The translations under genes were made by a program, and so were the position numbers. 64,000 bases of DNA from Mobula hypostoma (Eukaryota): positions 26,414,001 to 26,478,000 of the forward strand of contig NC_086109.1 in NCBI RefSeq assembly GCF_963921235.1, read 5' to 3'. This document shows positions 25,405-37,676 of the stretch, in pieces. How positions within the stretch are numbered: position 1 is the stretch's first letter; every line of letters begins with the position of its first letter. Below the pieces are notes generated by a model that was not told the origin of the DNA, searched no databases, and worked only from the letters and a program-made list of their open reading frames with translations.

Positions 25405-27523
25405 TTTTTTAAATCTTCTTATTGAATAAGTATACAAAAAGGTAAGCCATATAGACACTAATACACTGTTAGAATATAATAAAATTACAGAAGATATTAA
25501 TACAAAAAAAAATACTACAAACAATGTAATTTAAACATAACATACCAAGGTAACATAATAGTATACTAATTTTATATATATATCAATAGAGAAAAGGAAA
25601 AAAAAAACACCAAAAAAAACCCACCGTGCAACTAACTAAAAGCAAAGCAAAGCAATGGGCTAACTTGAAACCAAACAGAGTTAAACTTAAAATCACGTCC
25701 TCAATCCCGACCTCCATTAAAAACAGTAAAAAAAAACAAGAAGGGTATATATTACATTAAATGAAAATATTGAATAAAAGATCTCCAAGTCTGTTCAAAT
25801 TTAAATGAGGAGTCATAAAGATTGCTTCTAATTTTCTCCAGATTCAAGCATAATATCGTCTGAGAAAACCAAAAAAAGGTAGTTGGAGCATTAAGCTCTT
25901 TCCAATGTTGTAAGATACATCTTTTCGACATTAAAGTAAGAAATGCAATCATTCTACGGGCTGAAGGGGAAAGATTACTGGAAATTTTAGGTAGTCCAAA
26001 GATAGCAGTAATAGGATGAGGAGAGATATCTATATTCAATACCTTGGAGATGATATTAAAAATGTCTCTCCAAAAAGTTTCCAAAGTAGGGCAAGACCAA
26101 AACATATGAGTTAAAGAGGCTATCTGCCCCGGACATCTATCACAAAAAGGATTAATATGAGAATAAAAGCACGCTAACTTATCTTTGGACCCATGTGTGC
26201 TCTATGAACAACTTTAAATTGAATTAGGGAATGTTTAGCACAGATAGAGGAAGGATTGACTAATTGTAAAATCTGCCCCCAGTCATCCACAGAAATGGTA
26301 AACCCCAATTCCTGTTCCCAATCTACCCTAATCTTATCAAATGGAGCTTTCCTAAGTTTCATAATAATATTATAAATCATAGCCGATGCACCTTTCTGAC
26401 ATGGATTAAGGTTGATTATAGTATCTAAAATGTATGTAGGAGGAAGCATTGGAAAGGAAGAAAGTATAGTACTTAGGAAATTTCTAACTTGTAGATATCT
26501 AAAAAAATGTATTCTTGATAAGTTATATTTATTAGATAATTGTTCAAAAGACATAAGGGAACCATCTAAAAATAAATCCAAAAACCGTGAAATACCCTTA
26601 GTCTTCCAAATTTGAAAAACACGATCCGTAAAAGAGGGAGGAAAAAATATGTTACCTAAAATAGGAATCGCTAACCCAAATTGATTAAGATCAAAAAATT
26701 TTCTGAATTGAAACCAAATACGTAAGGTATATTTAACTATCGGGTTAGACACCTGTTTAAGGCGTTTCAAATCAAAAGGAAGAGAGGAACCTAAAATAGA
26801 GCCAAGTGTAAAACCCTGAACAGATTGTAATTCCAATGCTACCCATTTAGGAATGGATAGTATATCCTGGTCAAGTAACCAGAATTTCATATGTCGAATA
26901 TTAATTGCCCAATAATAAAATCTAAAGTTAGGTAATGCTAAGCCTCCATCTCTCTTAGCTTTCTGTAAATGTATTTTACCCAGTCTCGGGTTTTTATTCT
27001 GCCAAATAAATGAGGAAATTTTAGAGTCAACTTTGTCAAAAAAAGATTTTGGAACAAAGATTGGTAATGCCTGAAATATATATAAAAATTTTGGCAAAAA
27101 AAACATCTTAACTGCATTAATACGACCAATCAAAGTTAAATATAAAGGAAACCATTTAGATGAAAGTTGAATAATATGGTCTATTAATGGTAAAAAGTTA
27201 GTCTTAAATAAATCTTTGTATTTACAAGTAATTTTAATCCCAAGATATGAAAAATAATTATTAATCAATTTAAATGGAAATTTATAATATAAGGGAAGTT
27301 GTTTATTAATTGGAAAAAGTTCACTCTTACTAAGATTTAACTTATAACCTGAAAAAAGACCAAATTGTGCTAATAGCTCTAAAACAGCCGGGATGGATTT
27401 TTGAGGATTAGAAATATATACAAGTAAATCATCAGCATAGAGTGATAATTTATGGGACTTTAAGCCCTGAGTTATCCCAGTAATATTTGGAGATTCTCAA
27501 ATGGCAATTGCAAGAGGTTCTAA
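25405..27523 (-). mobile_element. 5'-truncated L1-clade LINE (ORF2 RT C-terminal half, CCHC knuckle, 3' UTR, poly(A))
   Basis: LSLYADD at ~27430-27450; 364-aa ORF with GGLALPNFRFYYWA; CDRC...HMFWSCP; poly(A) end; 14-bp TSD AGAACAGGAATCTT (25391-25404 / 27524-27537). Confidence 0.93.
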
Positions 27524-27619
27524 AGAACAGGAATCTTGTCATACTTACCCTTGAGTAGCTCACAGAACTGAGGCAACTCCTCTGAGGCAGAAAGCTGTAT
27601 CAGACTTGACCATGGACTA

Positions 27620-28808
27620 ACTTTGTCAGTCCATGGCCTCCTCTACTGCCACGATGAGGCCATGCTCAGGATGGAGGCTCAACACCTTAAATTTCGTCTG
27701 GGTAGCCTCCACCTGATGGCATGAACATCAATTTTTTTTTAGATTATGAGAACACACTCAGTCCTCTTTTATTGTCATTTAGAAATGCATACATGCATTA
27801 AGAAATGATACAATGTTTCTCCGGAGTGATATCACAGAAAACAGGACAAACCAAAGACTAACACTGACAGGACCACATAACTATAACATATAGTTACAGC
27901 AGTGCAAAGCAATGCCATAATTTGATGAAGAACAAACCATGGGCACGGTAAATTAAGTCTCAAAAGTACCCGAGTCGATTGACTCCCGAGTCCCCGATAG
28001 CAGGCCGCAAAAAGGAGAAAATCCCTGCCATAAACCTCCAGGCACCGTCAACTTGCCGATGCCTTGGAAGCAGCCGACCACAGCCGACATTGAGTCCATC
28101 CGTCCGAAAACTTCGAGCTTCCGACCAGCCTCTCCGATGCAGCCTCCCGAGCGCCATCCTCTGCCAAGCGCCTTCGACCTCGCCCCGGCTGCTGAATCAC
28201 GCAAAGCCGAGGATTTCGGGGCCTTCTGCTCCGGAGATTCCGGTTACCACACAGTAACAGCGGCAGTGAAGCGGGCATTTCAGAAGTTTTCCAGATGTTC
28301 CTTCGTGCTCTCACGTCCATCTCCATCAAATCAGAATTGTGCACGGTCCCCTACTTGACAGATAACAGACATCACCACTGAAGTGGCCGCGCGCGCTGCC
28401 GTCGCGCCGCCATCTTCTCCTCCTACGAAGTTCCAATTTCATGAACTTCCCACAATTTCTCCCCCTCCTCCCCTTCACCTTTCCCCATTCCTGTTTTCCT
28501 CTCTCAGCTTATCTCCTTACCTGCCCTCTGGTGCTCCTCCTCCTCCCTTTTCTTCATGGTCTTCTATCCTCTCCTGTCAGATTCTCCCCTTCCCCAGCCC
28601 TTTATCTCTTTCAACCCCTCCCCTACATCCGGTTTCACCTAACACCTTGTACTTCTTCCTCTCCACCCTCCCCCTCCCCACCTTCTCATCTTACTTCTCC
28701 TCGATTTTTCCTGATGAAGGTTCTCGGCCTGAAACAGCAACTGTTTACTCTTTTCCACTGATGCAGCCTGGCCTGCTGAGTTCCTCCAGCATGTTTTGTG
28801 TGTCGCTT
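27620..28808 (+). mobile_element. Penelope-like 3' fragment split by an insertion; degenerate hammerhead motif at 28711
   Basis: 27625-27730 matches the GIY-YIG C-terminus (SVHGLLYC..E..LR.E.QHL.FRLGSL). The tail resumes after 28423 with CTGATGAAGGttctcggCCTGAAAC. Confidence 0.8.
27731..28423 (-). mobile_element. ~690-bp non-coding retroposon, copy 2 (CpG-rich, probably younger)
   Basis: The reverse complement starts ggaggagAAGATGGCGGCGCGACGGCAGCGCGCGCGGCC and ends ...ctcataatct plus an A-run. Colinear with 14361-15040. Confidence 0.82.
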
Positions 28809-29771
28809 TAAACTTTATTTGAGAGGAAACCCAGTGGCTCCTAATAAGTGTCTGGTGCCATGCGCAGCCGACCGTTGTATCTGCCAGTGATCTCATATCT
28901 TCAGAAACAAAAATAAAAGTTCCAAGAAATCTGTGCTAGTTCTAAGAGAGATGAATTTCTTAGTAATATTTGCTGAGAATATATTACACAATGAAATGAA
29001 CATATTTTTCAAAACATCAGAATTTGGCCTGAACATAAACGGCTGCAGATTGCACAGTTCTGAAATATTTCACACAAGTTTTAACAAGAGACTTGGCCTT
29101 TCTAATAAGATGTTCAGTAGTTATTCAGTGATTATTTAATGAAACTATTTTTAATCAAAACATACATTTGACATGTACACTCCTGTCAGAAAATTCAACT
29201 TGATTTCTCAAAGTAAAGTTAGTTACTTGTGAAATTATTTTATTACAAATATAGAATTCAAATGTGAGGGCATTTGAAATGCACTTGGGTAAGCAAGCAA
29301 TGTCAATATCAGGAAGCAGTCTGGTGCAGTCTAGTTTAATGTAACATTTATTTTGTTTCAGTAAATCAAAAACTTACAGAATATCATTTCTAATGTTTTT
29401 GAAGAATTTACAGTGTTGATAATTCCAGCAACTTCCTGCTAATTAGAAAGTAAATTCCATCAGGTTGGTAGAAAGTAAAGCTTTGTACATCCAAGTTTGG
29501 AACTGTGCTCAAACCTCCATGATTCCTGTGGCCTGAAACCAAAAGAGCTGTCAGCAGTGTATCTTCAGTTTGCCTCTCCCATGCTGGTCCATGGAAACTC
29601 TGTTTCTTGGAGCATGACAGTAATTTACATGAAAATGATTAACTGATTTAAGCAATTAACTGACTTAACTAATTATTTCATGGAAAATTAAGTTGAGCTG
29701 AAATGGATTGATTGTTCCCTACTTTGATCAATGCTTTATGTCATGCTCTTTTCATTGGTAACATTCTCACT

Positions 29772-29837
29772 CAGGGGTTCCCAACCTTTTTTATGCCATT
29801 GACCAAGGGTCTGTGGATGCCATGTTGGGAAACCTTG
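29772..29837. mobile_element. Short hAT MITE
   Basis: CAGGGGTTCCCAAC...GTTGGGAAACCTTG; partial TSD (ctcact). Confidence 0.7.
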
Positions 29838-31026
29838 GCTCACTTCTGTTCAACCATTTATCCTGTGCATGTTAACAAATTGGAACCTGATAGAGCAAAG
29901 CCTAGATCTTAAGAATCCCATCCTTATTTAAAATTTCCTACAAGGCATCACTACTTTCTTATCTTTAATTTTCTGGAGATTTCTGTGCCGCCAATTTAAG
30001 CCTCAGTCTTCCACAAACCCGTTCAGCCATGCCTTCAGCAACCTTAATGCAGTCTATCCCTCTCCTCTATTTCCTTTGTCAAGATACTCAATAAAACCTG
30101 CCTCCATTATCAAGCTTTTGGTGCTACAATATCCTTTAATGGTTTGCTATCAAATTTTGATTGATAATGCCCCCATAAACTGCTTTAGTGCACTTAGCCA
30201 TGTTGTTGTTTTTGCTTTCATGATTTTTTTGGATGAGTTTTTAAACAGGGGCACCTCATCTTTCATATACAAAAAAAAACAGAATTTGTAAGAAATTCCC
30301 TTAAGTTCTCTCAGCAAGTGCCGTCAAAATTGGGGTACATGATTACTTGTTTCCTTGTTTTTTTTTTTGGAAGGTTATGGTGTCTGAGCTGGCGGCCATG
30401 TTTTCTACAGTGATTTAATTTGAAACATCAGACTCAATTGGATCTAAAGCACATTGGAACATATCACGATCTTAAAACGCACTGTTGTAGACTTTTATTA
30501 GGATAGGTAGATGATATTAGAAGAGGAAGATGGAAGGGTTATTATACCTTTAAGGGTATGGACCTGCTTTGAAATTGGGCAGCTTCTGAGGCCAAGGGTG
30601 TCACGTGTATCTGAATGACACCAATACTTTATGTGGTTGGCCATTGTGCTGAAGGAAGTCTCGGGTGAACCTGACACCAGTTGAAGGATTAAGGCCTCAG
30701 GAAGAGTAGATACCAGAGTCTCTTGATCAAGTAACGGGGAGTCAGGGGTGGGAGGGGTAGAAGGGGGGATAACAGGAGATTAGAAAGTTGGAGGGAGTGG
30801 TGCAGTTACACACCAGGACCTGAAGGTGTGGGGGAAGCAAGGATGGTAGTACCAGTCTTGAAAATGCATTGCTTAAAGGCAACTATAGTTCAGAATATTG
30901 TGATCTAAGATTCAGGTCAACTTTGCAAGCCCTGCAATGAAGCAATTTGACCCTAAGACTACCATAATCACCCTCCTCTCCAGAAATAACCAGCCTTCCT
31001 ATGCACATGGAAAAACAGAACTTTGA

Positions 31027-32434
31027 GCTCATTGACTTTATTAACTTTGCCTCCAACTTTCACCCTGCCCTCAAGTTTACCTGGTCCATTTCCGACACCT
31101 CCTTCCCCTTTCTAGATCTTTCTGTCTCTGTCTCTGGAGACAGCTTATCCACTGATGTCTACTATAAGGCTACTGACTCTCACAGCTATCTGGACTATTC
31201 CTCTTCTCACCCTGTCTCTTGCAAAAATGCCATCCCCTTCTTGCAATTCCTCCGTCTCCGCCGCATCTGCTCTCAGGATGAGGCTGTTCATTCCAGGACG
31301 AGGGAGATGTCCTTTTTTAAAGAAAGGGGCTTCCCTTCCTCCACTATCAACTCTGCTCTCAAACGCATCTCCCCCATTTCATGCACATCTGCTCTCACTC
31401 CATCCTCCTACCACCCCACTAGGAATAGGGTTCCCCTGGTCCTCACCTACCACCCCACCAGCCTCCGGGTCCAACATATTATTTTCCGTAACTTCTGCCA
31501 CCTCCAACGGGATCCCACCACTAAGCACATCTTTCTCTCCCCCAACTCTGCTTTCCGCAGGGATCGCTCCCTACGCGACTCCCTTGTCCATTCGTCCCCC
31601 CCATCCCTCCCCACTGATCTCCCTCCTGGCACTTATCCATGTAAGCGGAACAAGTGCTACACATGCCCTTACACTTCCTCCCTTACCACCATTCAGGGCC
31701 CCAAACAGTCCTTCCAGGTGAGGCGACACTTTACCTGTGAGTCGGCTGGGGTGATATACTGCGTCCGGTGCTCCCGATATGGCCTTCTATATATTGGCGA
31801 GACCCGACGCAGACTGGGAGACTGCTTTGCTGAACACCTACGGTCTGTCCGCCAGAGAAAGCAGGATCTCTCAGTGGCCACACATTTTAATTCCACATCC
31901 CATTCCCATTCTGACATGTCTGTCCACGGCCTCCTCTACTGTAAAGATGAAGCCACACTCAGGTTGGAGGAACAACACCTTATATTCCGTCTGGGTAGCC
32001 TCCAACCTGATGGCATGAACATCGACTTCTCTAACTTCCGCTAATGCCCCACCGCCCCCTCGTACCCCATCCATTATTTATTTTTATACACACATTCTTT
32101 CTCTCACTCTCCTTTTTCTCCCTCTGTCCCTCTGACTATGTCCCTTACCCATCCTCTGGGGTCCCCCCCCCTTGTGTTTCTCCGTGGACCTCCTGTCCCA
32201 TGATCCTCTCATATCCCCTTTGCCAATCACCTGTCCAGCTCTTGGCTCTATCCCTCCCCCTCCTGTCTTCTCCTATCATTTTGGATCTCCCCCTCCCCCT
32301 CCCACTTTCAAATCTCTTACTAACTCTTCCTTTAGTTAGTTCTGACAAAGGGTCTCGGCCTGAAACGTTGACTGTACCTCTTCCTAGAGATGCTGCCTGG
32401 CCTGCTGCGTTCACCAGCAACTTTGATGTGTGTT
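31027..32434 (+). mobile_element. 5'-truncated Penelope-like retroelement (Neptune-type): RT C-terminus, Cys linker, GIY-YIG endonuclease and 3' terminal region
   Basis: ORF to 32044 with FPFLDL, TDVYYKATDSHSYL, CKRNKCYTC, GVIYCVRC...LYIGETRR and LGSLQPDGMN. Candidate 7-bp TSD ACTTTGA (31020-31026 / 32435-32441). Confidence 0.92.
32334..32376 (+). ncRNA. Hammerhead-like motif in the PLE 3' region (core G8 mutated)
   Basis: agtt-CTGACAA-AGG gtctcgg CCT-GAAA-CGTT-gact. CTGACAA and CGTT each differ from CTGACGA and CGTC by one CpG-type transition. Confidence 0.55.
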
Positions 32435-35400
32435 ACTTTGATTGAATATTTATACACTACTATTCCGTTCTTTATCTCTATGTTCTTATTAAGAAAGTTT
32501 ATGCAAGTGGAATAAACAGGAAGGTAGTTAGTATATTTTGGAGTTTAGTTATGCCCATTTTAAATGATCAAGATTGGATTTATGATTGTCTCACATATAT
32601 ATACAAGTAATTAGAAGCAATATGTGAACTTGATTCTTCTCCTAATCTTTGGCACCAAAACTGCTGGGAGTTAAGACAGCAGAAACTCAACGAATGATAT
32701 AACTTTACTGCAAATTTCTAAAACCACACAGCATGAAGAATTTTGAAAGTTCAATCCCAGCTAGAGCACTTATAAGAATTTGACTAAATTCCCTGCAGGT
32801 TCTGAACTAGTACTGTGCCTAATATGGTTCCACACGCACACACTACTGTAGGAAATACCTTCCCCACCACATGAATAACATGATCAGAGATTGTTTTTTA
32901 ATTCTTCCCCATTGGAGAATTTGAAGCAAAGGGCACTTTCTTTGTGGAACAAATCTACATCTTTATTACTTTAGCTCTGTCTGAATTGGACCATATGGGG
33001 AAATAATCCTCTGCCTTCCATGGAGATCTTCTCTCATCAATTTTAGTCAGAGGTGTGGTACATCATAGGCTTCAAAGATAGAGTTGCACCAACTAATTGA
33101 AAGTTTAGACATCTCTAAATTTTGTGAGAATAGTGATGCAAATTTAACTGTTGAATTCATGCAGCTTCAACCCTGTCTGACTTCTTCAATGCTTATCTTA
33201 ATGTCAATCTTGTTAAATTTATTTCCTGAAAACTATTTTTGTTTCTACCCAGGTGTGGGTTTTTAAAATCAGTCTGGCACCACTGCCCATGAAAAGCCGG
33301 AGATTGCTTTACTGTTGGGACAAGTCTGTGTCAACCAACAGTTCCCTGGCCAGAAAACCTCTGCAGAATCCATGCACAATTTACTAATCCATTTTGCAGC
33401 TTACAAAAGAATTGGTGGCAAATGGATAACACTCCATATTGGGTCATGTGCTTGGGGGCTTTGAACATACACTCAATAAATGGATCAGATTACAGCTTTC
33501 TATAGCTGATGTTTCAGCATCTTCTTACGTTGATGCAAGGCCTTGCAATTAAAAAATGCATCTAACTTCAGAGTCTATGGCCCTTTCAGACTTTCAATTG
33601 ATGGATTTATTTTTGAGAATTACATAGTGACACCCATTTGAGCACCTAGCATTTTCATTTCTCCTTCCATCTTCAATACCGGTCCAATCACCACCCCCAA
33701 CACTTACCCTTCTCCTCACCTACCCCACAGCCTAATTTTGTGTCCATGGAAACCATCCCATCGTATTCATGGAAAAAGACTCAAGCAATGATTACTATGA
33801 GGTCACCTCTCATGTCATCCTCTAAAACTGCAGAAAGCATCTTAATTATAAATCAATGTAAAAATGATAACTTCCAGAGTGCAGGTCCTCATTTTTATCC
33901 TATATATCTAAGGCTTAAAGGATCAAATGCTAGATTTAGATGATTGGTCCTTGCTGCAAATTTAGATGATTTTTAAATAGATCTTTCAAAATAAACTTCA
34001 GCATGATATGTATTAAATGGAGAATTTTAAAAGAGCTCCTCAGTTGCAATGTATTTAAATATATTTTCTAATATATTATTACCAAGCCTATGTTTCATGA
34101 GAAAGTGGATGAAAAGATCAGGTCAAGATTTTATTAAAAGTTGAGAAAATTAAAAATAGTGTAATCTTTGAGTCAGGATTGGTAGTGCTTCCAGTGTGAA
34201 ATCTTTTTCTTTAAATTTCAACTGTAGATTTTTAAAAAAATTCTTTAAACTACATCCTTTCTAAAGCAATACTAGATTCACACTCTTTCTTTTTCTCTGA
34301 TAAAGAATCATCGTGCGGTTATGAGCTGTGGCACTCCTTAGATCCATAATGAAAATGAAGGCCTGTGGGATTCCAAACTGTTCAACATGACGAGGATGTC
34401 ACAACCAGGCTTAATCATACACTTGACTAAAATTCAGCTTACTGAGTGCTTTCCCACAGTGGTCAAAGGATAGGACAGAAACCTGAACCACATCCTGTTA
34501 CTGAGCTGAAACCCCGCACCTCCATCCATTCCTCTTATGACCACGACCTTACCCCCTTCACTGAAGGTTTGGGACCTCCATCTGTCACAAAGGCTGCAAT
34601 AACATAAGTCAGCATGAACCTTGGATCTGCATGGATCAATTTCACCTCATGTTTGCTTAATAAAATTGGGAAGAAAATCCCGAAATACTTGTCTTTCTGA
34701 AAGCATGTAATAAAAAATGTGCAAACTGTGATATTATCCTCACAGCTCCCAAGATGTTTTACAAACAGATTGGCTTTGTACACAGTTTCAACTTTTTATT
34801 GGACTTTTCATGCCTTTGCATCCATCACCTAACTTTTCCTAGACAAGTGGATGAAGTAACTGAGACAATGGGTTTCTCAAGGGCTGCAGTACGCTGCTGC
34901 TTTCTAACCAGATGAAGAAGGCATTACCAGACAATACTCCAAGGAGTGGCTGCTCCAAATTCCTTTGAATTATCCATTATTTAATTGATAAAATTTTCCC
35001 AGTTATATTAAGCGAAAATAAAAAGCCTTTGAAGAAAAGTTTATTAATATCATTCCAGGTCACAAAGTGCTGTTTTTTTGGTTCATTCTTAACAAGGTGG
35101 CAACTAGTAGCCTGTCTGATCTGGAAAGGGAACTAGAGATAAGTAATAGTGCTGTTCGGTGTTATTGCTTGCATAGTGCCAGAACATTTGCACGAGCTTA
35201 GAGGTGAATAAAACCTAAATGATGCAAAAAAGGCATCCAAGGATTCATTCAGAAGTAAGGACAGAAACTGATTAAGTTATTAATGACTTGACTTCCTCCT
35301 ATATGGTGGAAAATAATCTATCAAATTTTATAGCAGGATGAAGACCAATATTATGTGGATAATTGAAGTAAGCTATGTTTGGGTTTTGCATCTTTCACTC

Positions 35401-36019
35401 TTTACTTTGTCATTATTTATGCCACATCCCAGTCATATTTACTTCTTGGGAAAGACCAATGCCAATGTTGAAATACCCTGTCTGTACTGTTGAGTTATGT
35501 GATCATCTCATGGGGGAACATGGGAACATAACATTAGTTGTTCATTCAAGTGTAAGACATCCCAGAAGTTTAGACCCTAACCCTAACCCTAATCCACTCC
35601 CAGAAAATTGTTAACCCTTGCAATGAAGTGTTGGTTCATGACGTTGACAGTGATTCTTTGAGTCCTTCATGTGTGACCTGGAGCTGTCACTCTTTATTTT
35701 AGGTTTCCAGAGTCTGCAGTTTTTTAAAAAATTACATTTACTGTAACGTTCTGACTGATTGCATCTTCCAGTCATTCACATGCTCATGGATACATGCCAT
35801 GTCCCCTTAAGATAAAGATCACAAGGAAAGACTGGCTGGGTGGCAGGTTACCCCCTGTAGATGTGGGAGCTGCTTGTTATTCTCAGAGCAGATTGATTCT
35901 CTCCAACAGTTTGATTGTTCGAATTCAGGGTGATGGATGAAAGTCAGTGTTTCGGATTTTTATAGCTGAAAATTAATGTAGGAGTTTATTTGTGTTCCTA
36001 CTCCTCCCATGAGTCGCAC

Positions 36020-37445
36020 ACTCAGAGTAATACAGTGCAAAAACAGGCCCTTTAGCCCTAATCACCCAAGCTGATTAAGGAGTCGATCTGCGTTAATTCC
36101 ACTTTCCCATATCCTGCTGTTCCTTTTCTATGCAAGTACCTGCCCAAATGTTATTTTAAATGCTGCGACTGTATTTCCCTTTGGCTCTCCTAGCAGCTTA
36201 CTGCATATTCCAGCGCCCTTCTGTGTGAAAATCATGCCCTCAGATTTTCTTTAAATATTGCTCCACTCACCTTAAACCTATGTCCCCTGGTTTTAGATCC
36301 ACCCTGCTTTTGGAAAAGTTCCTTGGCTATCGGTAGATAGCCCTTTAATGCCCTTTATAACTGTATAAATCTCTATAAGATCACCCCTTAGACTCCTGCA
36401 CTCCAGTGAGAACAATCCCAGCTTAACCAATCTCTCCTTGTAACTGAATCCATCCATCCTAGGCAATGTGCTTGCTAATCTCTTCTGCACTCATTCTAGT
36501 TCCACCACATCCTTTCTATAGATTGGTGATCAGAACAGCAGACAATATTCCGAGTGTGACCTAACCATTGCCTTGTGCAGCTGCAACACGATGACTCACC
36601 TGTGATACTCAACACCCCTTCCTATGAAGGAAAGCAAGCTAAATCCCTTCTTCCTTATCTTATCCGTCTGTCACCATTTTCAGGGAGCTATGAACTTGCA
36701 CTACAAGGTCCTAAAATGCATCACTCTTCTATGCTCCTTGTCATTTACTGTAAATGTCTGGCCAGTATTAGTCAACACCAAATGCGTCAATTGTCTGGAT
36801 TAAATCTCTTCTTCCACTGCTCCAACCAAATTTCCATCTGATCTGTGTTCCTTGGTATCCTGAGCCAAGCATCCTTGCAATCTACAACTCCTCCAATTTT
36901 GCGTCATCAGCAAATCTTTGGTATCAAACCACAAATGTTTAAAAGGACCTGAGGAGTAACTTCTTCGTACTCTTCGACCATGTGTTCATCCAGACTTGCT
37001 ACCACAGCCACAAGTCCTTCCCAGGAACTTGCCCCGGCTGCCATCTTGTGCTACATGGGGGCCAGTCATTTAGTGTGTACTACTCCTGTTTTTCAGCATC
37101 TGCAGAATCTCTTGCGTTCTTCACACAAAGCCTGGTTTTGCTTATGCACTGAGCTGCTGGTAAAAGTGGTTGAGGCAGGTAGATTAACAATATTTAAAAT
37201 TAATTTACAGAGGGACTTGGGATAGGAAAGGTTTAGAGTATGGGTTCCCAACCTTGTTTATGCCATGGACCCTTACCATTAACCGAAGGATCCATGAACA
37301 GCAGGTTGGGAACCCCTGATTTAGAGGGATATGAGCCAAATCTGGGCAAATAGGACTAACTTTGATGGATAACTTGGTCAGCATGGACAAGTTGGGCTGA
37401 ATGGCCTGTTTCTGTGTTGGGCTACTCTATGTCTCTATGACTCCA
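36020..37445. mobile_element. Back-to-back decayed CR1 fragments (minus 36020-36930; plus ~36940-37445)
   Basis: Minus strand encodes FSYKERLVKLGLFSLECRSLRGDLIEIY; plus-strand CR1 tail at ~37380-37445. Confidence 0.7.
37239..37318. mobile_element. 80-bp hAT MITE inserted in a CR1 3' end
   Basis: TATGGGTTCCCAACC...GGTTGGGAACCCCTG; TSD gtttagag/atttagag. Confidence 0.85.
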
Positions 37446-37676
37446 AGGATTCATTCGCTAACAAAGTACCTGATATACTTTTCCTCCATTTTCCTGGTCA
37501 ACCTCTCAACTTCCTTCATTAATCAAGTTTCTCTAACATTATCATCTTTCTTTCTTACCCTACAGGTTTTAAGGGTTATGAGTTTTTGATGAATTGGGGA
37601 GTATTTATGTATATTCTGATAGAACATGTGCTGCAATATGGAATCATATCTAGTTTTATTGTTAAGCAAATAAACA

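Noticed and set aside
35575..35593. (CCCTAA)3 telomere-like repeat
   Set aside because: Only three units; too short to call an interstitial telomeric sequence.
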